24,000 nucleotides of DNA from an uncultured bacterium. Lineage in GTDB: Bacteria > Bacillota_I > Bacilli_A > Izemoplasmatales > Izemoplasmataceae. A model generated the notes under the pieces. That model was not told the origin of the DNA, did no database searches, and was given only the letters and a program-made list of their open reading frames with translations. Position numbers and translations under genes: made by a program. Shown one piece after another: positions 1 to 8,321 of the stretch; the stretch's first letter is position 1; every line of letters starts with the position of its first letter. The stretch is from positions 109,418 to 133,417 of the forward strand of contig CBFCWH010000006.1 of the NCBI GenBank assembly GCA_965601585.1. Reading direction: 5' to 3'.

Positions 1-1
1 C

Positions 2-3000
2 GACTTAAGAACACGTGTTGAAAAAATTTATTATGACTCAAAAAGACATATAGAAGAACAAGGTGTTAATATCTTATTCCTATCTTTTGGATTTGTACAA
101 TGGGAGAATCCGGTCAATGATGGAGAAATGGTAAACTCACCACTTATTTTTGTGCCTGTAAGTATTGAATCAAGTAATTACCGCAGTCTGTATGAAATCT
201 CTTTTTCTAACTCTGAGGTACTACTAAACAAATCACTAATTAAAAAGTTGGAACTAGAGTACAGTTTAAACTTTGACAAATTGAATCTAAACATCGCAGA
301 TGAAAGTGAATTTAATCCAACTGAATTTATTGGAACCTTCAACGATATCATAAAAGATAGCGGTATTAAGTTTCAATATGATTTTCATAGTATTCACTTG
401 AGTTTTTACTCGTATAACAAATTCTTAATCTATAATGACTTAGATCCAATATATTGGGAAGGAGCCTTTGATGGCTCTAATAAAAATGTATTGACAGATA
501 TATTTGTAAATAATATCTACCACGAGGTAAGCAATATTGATGATGATAAGATAATTGACAACACTCGCGAAATTGACAATATTCACAATGTTTTAGATGC
601 TGATAGTTCTCAGTTACTTGCAATTTCCAAAGTAAATCGTGGAAACTCAATAATCATCCAAGGACCTCCAGGAACAGGTAAGTCCCAAACAATTGTAAAC
701 ATCATTGCTGAGGGAGTTAGACAAAATAAAAAAGTATTATTTATGAGCGAAAAACTTGCAGCTATGGAAGTCGTTTTTAATCGATTACGTGCAATTAACC
801 TTGATCATATTGCATTGAGACTTCACTCAGACAAAGTAAGTAAAAAACAAGTTGTTTCCGAAGTTCAGTCAGTATATTATATGAACAAAATTAATGTCAA
901 AAATATTGACTCTGATATTGAGGAGAAACTTCGAAAATCACGTAATGAAATTAATCATTATTATTCATTATTAGATGCAAGTTCACTTCATTCATCAATG
1001 GATATAATTGAGGCATACCAAACTATTATGGAGTTAGAAAACTACTTTGATCAAAACGATGTAGTACATTATGATCTCGAAATACCTAATAAACTTCTTA
1101 TGGAGATGAACGATAATGAATATGAGGTACTTCATAACAATTTAGCTATTTTAGAGGACTTCTATAATAAATATGATAGGTTAGAGACATCTGATTTAAA
1201 AGGAATCTTAATTGATAAGACATTAACTCATCATGAATTAATGCGTTATCGCAGATTAATTGAAGTCGTGATTTCAGACATATCGAAGCTAACCAAGGAG
1301 TTAACATATACAAAAATACCATCGACAAAAAAAGGAATCTTTTCACTTGACGATATTACAACGCTAAAAGAAATTTCAGATTTAGATGAAAAGATCCTAA
1401 ATCATATGAAAGACATCAATCATCCAAAGATGGTTGCTTCAAAAGATTTAATTGATACTGTGCTAAAGCACTACACGGAGTCAAAACTAAGTAATACATT
1501 TATTAAAGACTCTTTACTTAAACAAGAACTTCATCTAGACCAATTAGAGTCACTTCTAAATGAACTTAAAGTGATTAATGAAACATTCAGTAAACATAGA
1601 ACTATATTTAAAAGAAGTAATAAACAGTTTAAAGATTATAAGCAAAAAGTCACTGATAAGTACTTTGTCTTAGATAATGTAGATTACAATGATATGGTAG
1701 ACTCTTTGGAGTGGTTTACACATAAAATAACATTTAAGCTTCTTTTAACAAGAGAAACACCTGTCTTTGAAACAGTATTTGGTAAAAGAATTGTAAATCA
1801 CTTTGATAATATCGACTTTATCATTGACTTATATCAAAATGTAGAAAGATTATATACTTCAATCGAGAAAATATTTAATGATACAGAAGTAAAAGAGGAG
1901 CTATATTTTGATTACTTCAAATACTTCATTAAGCAAGATGTTTCTTCTTTAAGTTTTCTTAAAGAGAAACTTGATGCAATTCATTCAAACCTTGAGATAG
2001 ATAGTCTTGAATTTTATGGAAACGAAACCTATAGTCATGTTCCAATTTCTTCACTTGCAACGAGAATGTCAAGTGTCGTTGATAAGTTGGAATCAATTAA
2101 TGACATCGTGGTTCAAAGACGTGTAAAAAGAGATCTAGAAATTGAAATTGAAGATCCATATTTATTAGGTATAATTCAAGATGAACTATACCCAAAACAC
2201 TTATCTAGTATTTTTGAATACATTCGTTGCCATTCAATTGTAAAAGAAATTCTTCAAACAAATAAAACTCTTGATGAGTTCAACTCACTTATCTTTGATA
2301 AAAAAATACGAGAGTTTATTCAATTAGATACTAAAAATATTCAAATGAATAACTTGCAATCCGTGCTGGATGCTCATTTCTATAACGTATATAACATTCG
2401 TAAAGATGAAACTTTATCCGTTGAGAAAAAAGATGAGAAGATTAGTTACTTATTGCAAACATTCAACAAAAAGCATAATATACCAACAGTAAAACAACTA
2501 TTACATGAAGCATTTGAACCAATCACTGAATTAAAACCTGTCTTCATGATGTCTCCAATATCAATATCACAATATTTAGAGCCAATTCTTGGAATGTTTG
2601 ATATTGTTGTTTTTGATGAAGCATCACAGATCAAACCACAAGATGCATTTGGCGCTTTATTAAGAGGTAAGCAAATTGTTGTCGTTGGTGATGAGAAACA
2701 GTTACCACCTACTAACTTCTTTGAGAGTTTTTATGGTAGTACTACACTATTTGAGGAAGATGCAATAAGTAACTACGAAAGTATCTTAACTCTACTAAGA
2801 GGTAGAGGAGTTCCTACAACAACACTAAACTGGCATTATCGAAGTAAGCATCATCATTTAATCCAGATAAGTAATGATCACTTTTATGACAATTCTCTAT
2901 CTATATTCCCATCACGATTCAAAAATAACCCTGATTATGGGATGAAACTAGTATATGTTGATGGAGTCTTTGATCGTGGACGTTCACGTACTAACGTGAT

Positions 3001-4426
3001 TGAAGCGAAACTTGTTGCAAAAGAAGTAATAGAACATGCTCGCACGAATCCAAGCTCATCTTTAGGAGTAGCAACAGTAAATATCAATCAAAGAGATGCA
3101 ATTCTATCTGAGATTAAGAAATTGCGTTCCAAAGAACCTGAGTTAGATCAATTCTTTGATGATTCAAAACATGAAGCGTTCTTTGTGAAAAACTTAGAGA
3201 ATGTTCAAGGAGATGAACGTGAAGTCATTTTTGTAAGTATCGGATATAGTAAAGACCAAAACGGAAATATTATTCAAAACTACGGTGCAATAAATCACCA
3301 AGGTGGAGAAAGAAGATTAAACGTTCTAATGACTAGAGCAAGGCAAAAATGTGTCATTTTCTCAGGACTAAGAGCTTCTGATTTAGAAGTGGATTACGCT
3401 ACAGCTGAGGGTGTAAAAGTACTACGAAGATTCCTAGCATTCGCAGAAGAAATGGCTACGGAAAATGAAATTAATATTACCAGTGAGACTCAAGTATTCG
3501 CGGAGGAAATCGCGAAAGAACTTGAACTAAGTGGGTATAAAACAGCATTCAATATCGGAAACGACCAATACTTTATTGATTTAGCAGTATACAATCCAGA
3601 AAATGAAACAGAGTATATATTAGGTATTGAATTTGATACATCAACATATGATCAATCCCGTACTGCTACTGAACGTGAGCGTATCCGTAATAATGTATTA
3701 CGTTCTAAAGGTTGGGTAATCTATAAAATATTTATTACGTCTTGGTTTAACAACCGTAGACAAATTTTAGATGATATTCTAGATTACTTACAAAAAATAG
3801 ATTCTAAAAGACATGTAGATACTAATCCTGAAGTTAGCTTCTATGAGGAACCAGTGAATGTAGTTACTCGCTTTGGATTTAATACATACAAAAAATATAG
3901 CAAAATGATTGAAAACATTGATTTCTTATTAAAGGACTCAAAAGACTTTAATCAATATCTTCAAAATCTAGTTTATGAGGAGATGCCAATTACTTTACCT
4001 GAAATCACAAAACGTATTAAAGAAAATTCCTATATACCTATAAAGGAAAAACGTTTATTGAAGTCAATAAAACGCGAATTACGTGATTTAAATCACGATC
4101 GTATCATTTATGAACGAGAAGGATTCTTCTATTTCCATAAAAAAGATGAGAAAATCCGATTTAGAGATCGTCGTAACGATTTTAACGACCTTTCATTAAA
4201 TGATGTACCTAATGACGAGTATATACATGCGATTAAAGAAATCGCAAAAAACAGTTTTGGAATAAACACTCAAAATATTGCGAGTATCATTTCGAATTAT
4301 CTAGGACAAGACATAGTTTCAGAGGAACTTCACTCAAAGATTGAACAGTTATCGATACGTCTTGAAAACAAAGGTGACATTATTCGTGATGAAAATCAAA
4401 ACCTTCAAATTAAGAAATATAACTAA
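2..4426 (+). CDS. Giant SF1 (Upf1/DNA2-like, COG1112-type) helicase fused to a C-terminal PD-(D/E)xK (DUF559/Vsr-like) nuclease-like module and DUF3320-like tail; 5' end lies outside the window
   Basis: The frame is open from nt 2, with no stop before the ATG at 128. Nt 2-127 encode DLRTRVEKIYYDSKRHIEEQGVNILFLSFGFVQWENP, a DUF4011-type N-region, so the track start at 128 is internal. Helicase motifs: Walker A GPPGTGKS (nt 662-685), motif II DEASQ (nt 2615-2629), VVVGDEKQLPPT, NWHYRS, VQGDEREVIFVS, GGERRLNVLMTRAR. A nuclease-like core follows: YFIDLAV...LGIEFDTSTY...RERIRNNVLRSKGW. A strong terminator lies just downstream. Confidence 0.85.
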   Translation, partial: DLRTRVEKIYYDSKRHIEEQGVNILFLSFGFVQWENPVNDGEMVNSPLIFVPVSIESSNYRSLYEISFSNSEVLLNKSLIKKLELEYSLNFDKLNLNIADESEFNPTEFIGTFNDIIKDSGIKFQYDFHSIHLSFYSYNKFLIYNDLDPIYWEGAFDGSNKNVLTDIFVNNIYHEVSNIDDDKIIDNTREIDNIHNVLDADSSQLLAISKVNRGNSIIIQGPPGTGKSQTIVNIIAEGVRQNKKVLFMSEKLAAMEVVFNRLRAINLDHIALRLHSDKVSKKQVVSEVQSVYYMNKINVKNIDSDIEEKLRKSRNEINHYYSLLDASSLHSSMDIIEAYQTIMELENYFDQNDVVHYDLEIPNKLLMEMNDNEYEVLHNNLAILEDFYNKYDRLETSDLKGILIDKTLTHHELMRYRRLIEVVISDISKLTKELTYTKIPSTKKGIFSLDDITTLKEISDLDEKILNHMKDINHPKMVASKDLIDTVLKHYTESKLSNTFIKDSLLKQELHLDQLESLLNELKVINETFSKHRTIFKRSNKQFKDYKQKVTDKYFVLDNVDYNDMVDSLEWFTHKITFKLLLTRETPVFETVFGKRIVNHFDNIDFIIDLYQNVERLYTSIEKIFNDTEVKEELYFDYFKYFIKQDVSSLSFLKEKLDAIHSNLEIDSLEFYGNETYSHVPISSLATRMSSVVDKLESINDIVVQRRVKRDLEIEIEDPYLLGIIQDELYPKHLSSIFEYIRCHSIVKEILQTNKTLDEFNSLIFDKKIREFIQLDTKNIQMNNLQSVLDAHFYNVYNIRKDETLSVEKKDEKISYLLQTFNKKHNIPTVKQLLHEAFEPITELKPVFMMSPISISQYLEPILGMFDIVVFDEASQIKPQDAFGALLRGKQIVVVGDEKQLPPTNFFESFYGSTTLFEEDAISNYESILTLLRGRGVPTTTLNWHYRSKHHHLIQISNDHFYDNSLSIFPSRFKNNPDYGMKLVYVDGVFDRGRSRTNVIEAKLVAKEVIEHARTNPSSSLGVATVNINQRDAILSEIKKLRSKEPELDQFFDDSKHEAFFVKNLENVQGDEREVIFVSIGYSKDQNGNIIQNYGAINHQGGERRLNVLMTRARQKCVIFSGLRASDLEVDYATAEGVKVLRRFLAFAEEMATENEINITSETQVFAEEIAKELELSGYKTAFNIGNDQYFIDLAVYNPENETEYILGIEFDTSTYDQSRTATERERIRNNVLRSKGWVIYKIFITSWFNNRRQILDDILDYLQKIDSKRHVDTNPEVSFYEEPVNVVTRFGFNTYKKYSKMIENIDFLLKDSKDFNQYLQNLVYEEMPITLPEITKRIKENSYIPIKEKRLLKSIKRELRDLNHDRIIYEREGFFYFHKKDEKIRFRDRRNDFNDLSLNDVPNDEYIHAIKEIAKNSFGINTQNIASIISNYLGQDIVSEELHSKIEQLSIRLENKGDIIRDENQNLQIKKYN

Positions 4427-4430
4427 GTAA

Positions 4431-4469
4431 AAAACAGTGGAATATCATTATAGATTCCACTGTTTTTTT
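4431..4469 (+). terminator. Rho-independent terminator of the helicase gene
   Basis: Perfect 13-bp stem AAAACAGTGGAAT (4431-4443) / ATTCCACTGTTTT (4454-4466) with a 10-nt loop. The T-run extends to 4469. It starts 5 nt after the stop codon. Confidence 0.85.
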
Positions 4470-4481
4470 AACTTTAAACTA

Positions 4482-4490
4482 TGATATAAT
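4482..4490 (+). promoter_or_regulatory. Candidate extended -10 promoter (TGaTATAAT) for the lipoprotein gene
   Basis: TG at 4482-4483 and TATAAT at 4485-4490, immediately after the terminator and about 90 nt upstream of ATG 4580. The -35 region is poor (T-rich). Confidence 0.4.
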
Positions 4491-4579
4491 AGGAGATACA
4501 CAGGGAAAGGTATATAGATCACTTCATGTGGTCTTTTTTTAAGGAAACTACATTTATATTACGAAGGAGATACACTGCT

Positions 4580-6181
4580 ATGAAAAGAATCATTTTACTA
4601 TTAATAATGGGTGTACTTACGCTCTCACTTAGTTCATGTATCATTGAGAGACAAGTAAAAGTAATGAACACATTTACTAATGAGGAAATTGTTGTTGAAA
4701 CAAGAAGTAGAAAAGCGAAAATCGCAATTGATTTTGTTGAGGGGTACGATTTAGAGGGTCTTTACTATGATGAAGCTTGTACAGAACTTTATTTAAAATA
4801 CGATCCAAGTGGATTATTTTTACAAGTTATTGATCAATTGCTCAATAGGAACCGATTCAATAGTCTTCCTGAATCCTCTTTATACGTTATACAAGATAGT
4901 TATGAAGGTATTGTCGATTCACCTTTAATGGAGAAAACTTATTACACTAAATGGGTCCCTAAAGAGTATTCAGTTTATACGATAGAAGAAACTACGACCC
5001 AGTTTAAAGGTATGAAATTGTTTGATAATGAGTTATTTGTTTATACTGATAAGGATATATATAAGCATTCATTATTCGAAACATATAATACTGATACTAG
5101 TGAATCCTACTTCAAGAAGCAGGATTATGACTTGGATTTAGAAGAAGACGAAGTCATTGAGGAAATATATGTACTATCTGAAGGTATTGCAGTATACACA
5201 AGTGCACATTCATTTATTTCAATTATTTATGAGAATTCGAGTTATGAGGTTGTCCGTGTATCAATCCCCTTTTCAAAAGAGAAGCTTAGGAAAATAGAGT
5301 ATAATGATAACTCCATTGCTTTTTTAACATTTGATAATCAGTTTTACGGATTCTTCTCAAATGAATATCATATTTTTGGAGATTTCCCAGATTTTACTCC
5401 AAGAAAAATTAGATATATCGGTAGTGGGTTTGCTGACATCTTTATTTCAGACAAATATTTACTTCATCTTGATAATTACAAAAGACTTTATTTATCAGGT
5501 TCAACCAGTCTTCTAGAAACTGATGAATCAATGAGTGGAATTGGGCAATACAATAGAGAAAAAGTATATACTATAGAAGAAGATAATGATATTGAGAAGA
5601 TTTACTTCTCTCAAAACGGCTCAACAATAATAATTGAATATACTAATGGACAGTATATTGCCAAAGGTTCAACTCAAAATGGATTTTTTGGTGTAGAAGA
5701 TAAATACTATAATGATTTTACAGATGTTACTAGTATTCTTGAAAACAAAATAGACGGTCTTGATATGGATAGTTTTAATATATTGGTGAATCCTGATAAA
5801 TCGATTTCTGATATTGAGGGTAATCTTTTATACGAACCGCTTCAAAATCATGGTGAGGTGATTCAAAGTTTTATTTCTAATAAAGCATATATAACTGTTT
5901 ACGAGGATCAATACATTGATGTTATTCGCTCTAGTTTCGCAAAAAGTAAAGACAATGTTAAAGAGGATAGTTTCGAGTATTCCTACAATAGATTAAGTGT
6001 TAATTACTACCATATTTTAGGATTACAATATATATATAAAGAGGAGTACTTACAGTATTATGATGAAGTTATTGATTATGCAAATAAGACACTCTTTTAC
6101 GATAAGGAGTATTTAAATCAAGTTACTATAATTGAGAAACCAACTTCAAATATTTATGTATATCATGACTCAACAGAATAA
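4580..6181 (+). CDS. Orphan lipoprotein (533 aa), beta-rich and possibly repeat/propeller-like; no family confidently recognised
   Basis: SD AAGGAGA (4564-4570) lies 9 nt before ATG 4580. MKRIILLLIMGVLTLSLSSC is a signal peptide plus lipobox L-S-S-C. The track start at 4526 has no SD. The N-terminal VEGYDLEGLYYDEACTELY resembles a Listeria/Bacteroides-type (GY.F.GWY.D) repeat. Later segments recur as hydrophobic beta-strand/Gly motifs (e.g. AKGSTQNGFFGVED). Confidence 0.8.
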   Translation: MKRIILLLIMGVLTLSLSSCIIERQVKVMNTFTNEEIVVETRSRKAKIAIDFVEGYDLEGLYYDEACTELYLKYDPSGLFLQVIDQLLNRNRFNSLPESSLYVIQDSYEGIVDSPLMEKTYYTKWVPKEYSVYTIEETTTQFKGMKLFDNELFVYTDKDIYKHSLFETYNTDTSESYFKKQDYDLDLEEDEVIEEIYVLSEGIAVYTSAHSFISIIYENSSYEVVRVSIPFSKEKLRKIEYNDNSIAFLTFDNQFYGFFSNEYHIFGDFPDFTPRKIRYIGSGFADIFISDKYLLHLDNYKRLYLSGSTSLLETDESMSGIGQYNREKVYTIEEDNDIEKIYFSQNGSTIIIEYTNGQYIAKGSTQNGFFGVEDKYYNDFTDVTSILENKIDGLDMDSFNILVNPDKSISDIEGNLLYEPLQNHGEVIQSFISNKAYITVYEDQYIDVIRSSFAKSKDNVKEDSFEYSYNRLSVNYYHILGLQYIYKEEYLQYYDEVIDYANKTLFYDKEYLNQVTIIEKPTSNIYVYHDSTE

Positions 6182-6196
6182 TGTAACCCAGGATTT

Positions 6197-6255
6197 CTCG
6201 AAAGAAAGGTGACATCATTCGTGATGAAAATTTTAACCTTCAAAAAAGAAAATAG
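6197..6255 (+). pseudogene. Relic second copy of the helicase gene 3' end (last ~16 codons plus stop)
   Basis: 6205-6244 matches 4370-4409 at 36 of 40 ungapped positions. It translates GDIIRDENFNLQKRK*, against GDIIRDENQNLQIKKYN* at the true helicase C-terminus. Upstream the frame is closed by TAA at 6184, and there is a 1-nt indel relative to 4361-4369. Confidence 0.75.
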
Positions 6256-6299
6256 AGTTAAAATCTAAGATTAATTGAAGATCACCATATAAGTAAAGT

Positions 6300-6336
6300 A
6301 AAGACACTTTCATACGATAAGTTGGGGGTGTCTTTT
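6300..6336 (+). terminator. Possible weak terminator after the lipoprotein gene / relic
   Basis: AAAGACAC (6300-6307) pairs with GTGTCTTT (6328-6335). The loop is large (20 nt) and the T tract is short. Confidence 0.4.
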
Positions 6337-6432
6337 GAATTATATAGACTTCTAGTCTGTAAAAATAAGGAAAAAGAAGTGGAATGGGTCCCTAAATTGT
6401 AAGGGCTTAACATTATTTTGAATTAATTATAA

Positions 6433-6448
6433 ATATATATATATATAT
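6433..6448. repeat. (AT)8 dinucleotide microsatellite
   Basis: Direct reading: atatatatatatatat at 6433-6448, about 50 nt upstream of the P1 -35 box. Confidence 0.9.
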
Positions 6449-6495
6449 TTACTACTCTTTTAGTTAGAAATATTGTTGAATAAGAAGGTGAAATA

Positions 6496-6524
6496 TTGAC
6501 AAAGGACATGAATAGTGTTATTAT
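6496..6524 (+). promoter_or_regulatory. Sigma-A type promoter P1 (TTGACA-17-TATTAT with TGn extension) for yhfU-yhfT-amidase
   Basis: TTGACA at 6496-6501, a 17-nt spacer, TG at 6516-6517, TATTAT at 6519-6524. It lies about 75 nt upstream of ATG 6598. Confidence 0.75.
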
Positions 6525-6525
6525 G

Positions 6526-6544
6526 AATGTACAATATTTTGTAC
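6526..6544 (+). promoter_or_regulatory. Operator O1: AATGTACAATATTTTGTAC (TGTACA-N6-TGTACA)
   Basis: This 19-nt string is identical to 9386-9404. It starts 2 nt after the -10 box, so it overlaps the expected transcription start. The TGTACA half-sites are themselves palindromic. Confidence 0.7.
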
Positions 6545-6597
6545 AACGAATAATTGAGAAGGAAAATGCCAAATTCAAAATTTGGTAAGGTGAAAAA

Positions 6598-6957
6598 ATG
6601 GTTAAAATAGTAGTCGGTGGACAAATAGATAAAAAGAGAATTAGAGATATTATTGTTACTTACTCTGGTGATAAGGCAACTGTAGACGTATTAGGGGATT
6701 TAGATGCCGCAATGGCGATGCAAACAGGACAATACGACTATTATATTGGTGCTTGTAATACTGGTGGAGGTGGAGCTTTAGCAATGGCAATCGCTATTTT
6801 AGGATTAGATCAATGTGCTACATTATCAATGCCTGGAAAAATTCTATCTGATGAAAAGATTAAAGAAGAAGTAGAATCAGGAAAAATTGCATTTGGGTTC
6901 ACTGCGCAAGATGCAGATAACGTGTTATCTGTCGTTCTTCCGCTCATTATAAAATAA
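6598..6957 (+). CDS. yhfU: YhfU-like small soluble protein (DUF2620 family), 119 aa
   Basis: SD AAGGTGA precedes the ATG. Its size and its position next to a YhfT-like membrane protein match the E. coli yhfU/yhfT pair. It has a glycine-rich loop, YYIGACNTGGGGALAMA. Confidence 0.65.
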   Translation: MVKIVVGGQIDKKRIRDIIVTYSGDKATVDVLGDLDAAMAMQTGQYDYYIGACNTGGGGALAMAIAILGLDQCATLSMPGKILSDEKIKEEVESGKIAFGFTAQDADNVLSVVLPLIIK

Positions 6958-6980
6958 AGACATAATTTGGAGGTTAATTA

Positions 6981-8264
6981 ATGGAACTTATTATCATTGG
7001 TTTGTTAGGTGCTCTCGCTTCAATACTAGCAAACAAGCAAATTGCCGTATTTCATGATGGGTTTAGACCTATCGTAGGGAATTATTTAAACGGTAAAATC
7101 GACAAGAAGACACTCGGACTTACAAGTTTCGCACTGTCATTTGGATTAGTTATTGGGTTTGGTTTACCATTCTCAATCGGGAAATCAATTATTTTAATTC
7201 ACTGTATCTTATTAGCTACAGATATAATTGGTTCAGTATCACCTACAGGCAAAAAAGGTTTAATTGTCTCAGGTGTAATTGGTGGATTATTTGGTATAGG
7301 ACTTAGTTTAGGATTAGATGTGATTATCGATGCATTTAGTTATTTACCTTATAACTTCTTACCTCATATTGGTAGTGTTGGGAAACCTGTAGTTGTAGCA
7401 TTCGCTGTATTCCCTGCTTTAGCAGTAGCTTTACAACATGATTTCAAGAAAGGACTTTATACTTTAGGAGCAATCTTTGCAACAATGGTATTAGTTAATA
7501 AATTTGGATCATTCAACATTTCTGGAAATACTGTTAAATTAAGTATGGAAGGTATGGGATTATTAGTTGGTGTAATCATGATGATTGTATTTGCAATCAA
7601 AACTGGAGAAAAAACTACTTCAAACCAACAATTAGTAAGTATCTTCGCTACAAACGTAGATAGAATAAAGAAAAACTGGCTATGGTTAGTAATAATGGGT
7701 GCGTTAGTATCTGCAGCAACAGCTGCAACAATCATTGCTGGAGACCCTATTTCATTAAACTTAATGGCAGAAGGTAAAATGAGTGAAGCTGGATTAGCAG
7801 CATTAGCAAGAGGTATTGGATTTGTACCACTTATCTTTACAACAGCTATTGCAACTGGTGTTTACGCACCTGCTGGTGTAACATTTGTCTTCGCAATTGG
7901 TATCTTTACTGGTAATCCATTCCTTGCGTTTGTATTAGGTGGAGCTATGATTGCATTAGAATTACTAGCATTAAGTGGAGCAGCAAGCTTCTTAGATAGA
8001 TTCGCTGGTGTTAAAAACATGGGTGAACACATTAGAACATCTATGAATAACGTATTAGAAGTTGCATTATTAGTAGGATCAATGATTGCTGCTAATGCAA
8101 TGAGCCCTAAATTTGGATTCTTATTCGTAGTTGCCTTATATACTCTTAACAAAACAAGTAAGAAACCACTTGTTAATATCGCAGTAGGACCTGTTGCTGT
8201 AATCGCATTAGGTATCATTCTAAATGTACTAGCAGTACTTGGACTTTGGATAGTTCCTGCATAA
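6981..8264 (+). CDS. yhfT: YhfT-like polytopic membrane protein (putative transporter), 427 aa
   Basis: SD GGAGG precedes the ATG. The whole protein is highly hydrophobic and Gly/Ala-rich with many predicted TM segments. Size and context match YhfT. Confidence 0.7.
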   Translation: MELIIIGLLGALASILANKQIAVFHDGFRPIVGNYLNGKIDKKTLGLTSFALSFGLVIGFGLPFSIGKSIILIHCILLATDIIGSVSPTGKKGLIVSGVIGGLFGIGLSLGLDVIIDAFSYLPYNFLPHIGSVGKPVVVAFAVFPALAVALQHDFKKGLYTLGAIFATMVLVNKFGSFNISGNTVKLSMEGMGLLVGVIMMIVFAIKTGEKTTSNQQLVSIFATNVDRIKKNWLWLVIMGALVSAATAATIIAGDPISLNLMAEGKMSEAGLAALARGIGFVPLIFTTAIATGVYAPAGVTFVFAIGIFTGNPFLAFVLGGAMIALELLALSGAASFLDRFAGVKNMGEHIRTSMNNVLEVALLVGSMIAANAMSPKFGFLFVVALYTLNKTSKKPLVNIAVGPVAVIALGIILNVLAVLGLWIVPA

Positions 8265-8271
8265 AAATATT

Positions 8272-8295
8272 AAAGGAGTATGCAAATACTCCTTT
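8272..8295 (+). terminator. Intercistronic hairpin (possible partial terminator/attenuator) between yhfT and the amidase gene
   Basis: AAAGGAGTA (8272-8280) / TACTCCTTT (8287-8295), a 9-bp perfect stem with a 6-nt loop, followed by T-rich TCTTATTCCTT. Confidence 0.35.
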
Positions 8296-8321
8296 TCTTA
8301 TTCCTTATAGGAGTGAATACA

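Noticed and set aside
1146-2634. Minus-strand ORFs 1146-1346 and 2446-2634 inside the helicase gene
   Set aside because: They lie fully inside a long, motif-rich plus-strand CDS. They have low-complexity hydrophobic translations and no SD. These are typical shadow ORFs of AT-rich DNA.
4526-4579. N-terminal extensions offered by the ORF track (4526, 8280, 10702, 14968, 17031, 18354, 19072, 21426)
   Set aside because: In each case a downstream in-frame start has a properly spaced SD and gives a canonical N-terminus: the lipoprotein signal peptide, GYTLMHEHL, MKLLISKDY of NagB, or the YtrA wHTH. The upstream starts lack an SD, overlap the preceding gene, or lie inside a promoter.
5331-5516. Plus-strand 61-aa ORF in an alternative frame of the lipoprotein gene
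   Set aside because: It is embedded in the longer ORF, has no SD, and its composition is driven by the other frame.
4950-6396. Exact 14-nt repeat AATGGGTCCCTAAA at 4950-4963 (inside the lipoprotein gene, WVPK) and at 6383-6396 (intergenic); possible relic of a second lipoprotein copy
   Set aside because: About one such 14-mer coincidence is expected by chance in a 24-kb window. The flanks do not align, and I could not extend the similarity. I kept it only as a weak hint supporting the duplication scar.
6433-6448. (AT)8 tract upstream of P1, and a (TA)5 tract at 23847-23856, as phase-variation switches
   Set aside because: They are short, lie outside the promoter spacers and coding regions, and such tracts are common in AT-rich intergenic DNA. 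Nothing suggests that length variation would change expression.
6569-6585. Hairpin CCAAATT-CAA-AATTTGG in the yhfU leader as a RAT/antiterminator target of the PRD protein
   Set aside because: The PRD protein has no CAT-type RNA-binding domain. The hairpin has no overlapping terminator or U-tract. It is more likely a simple 5'-UTR structure.
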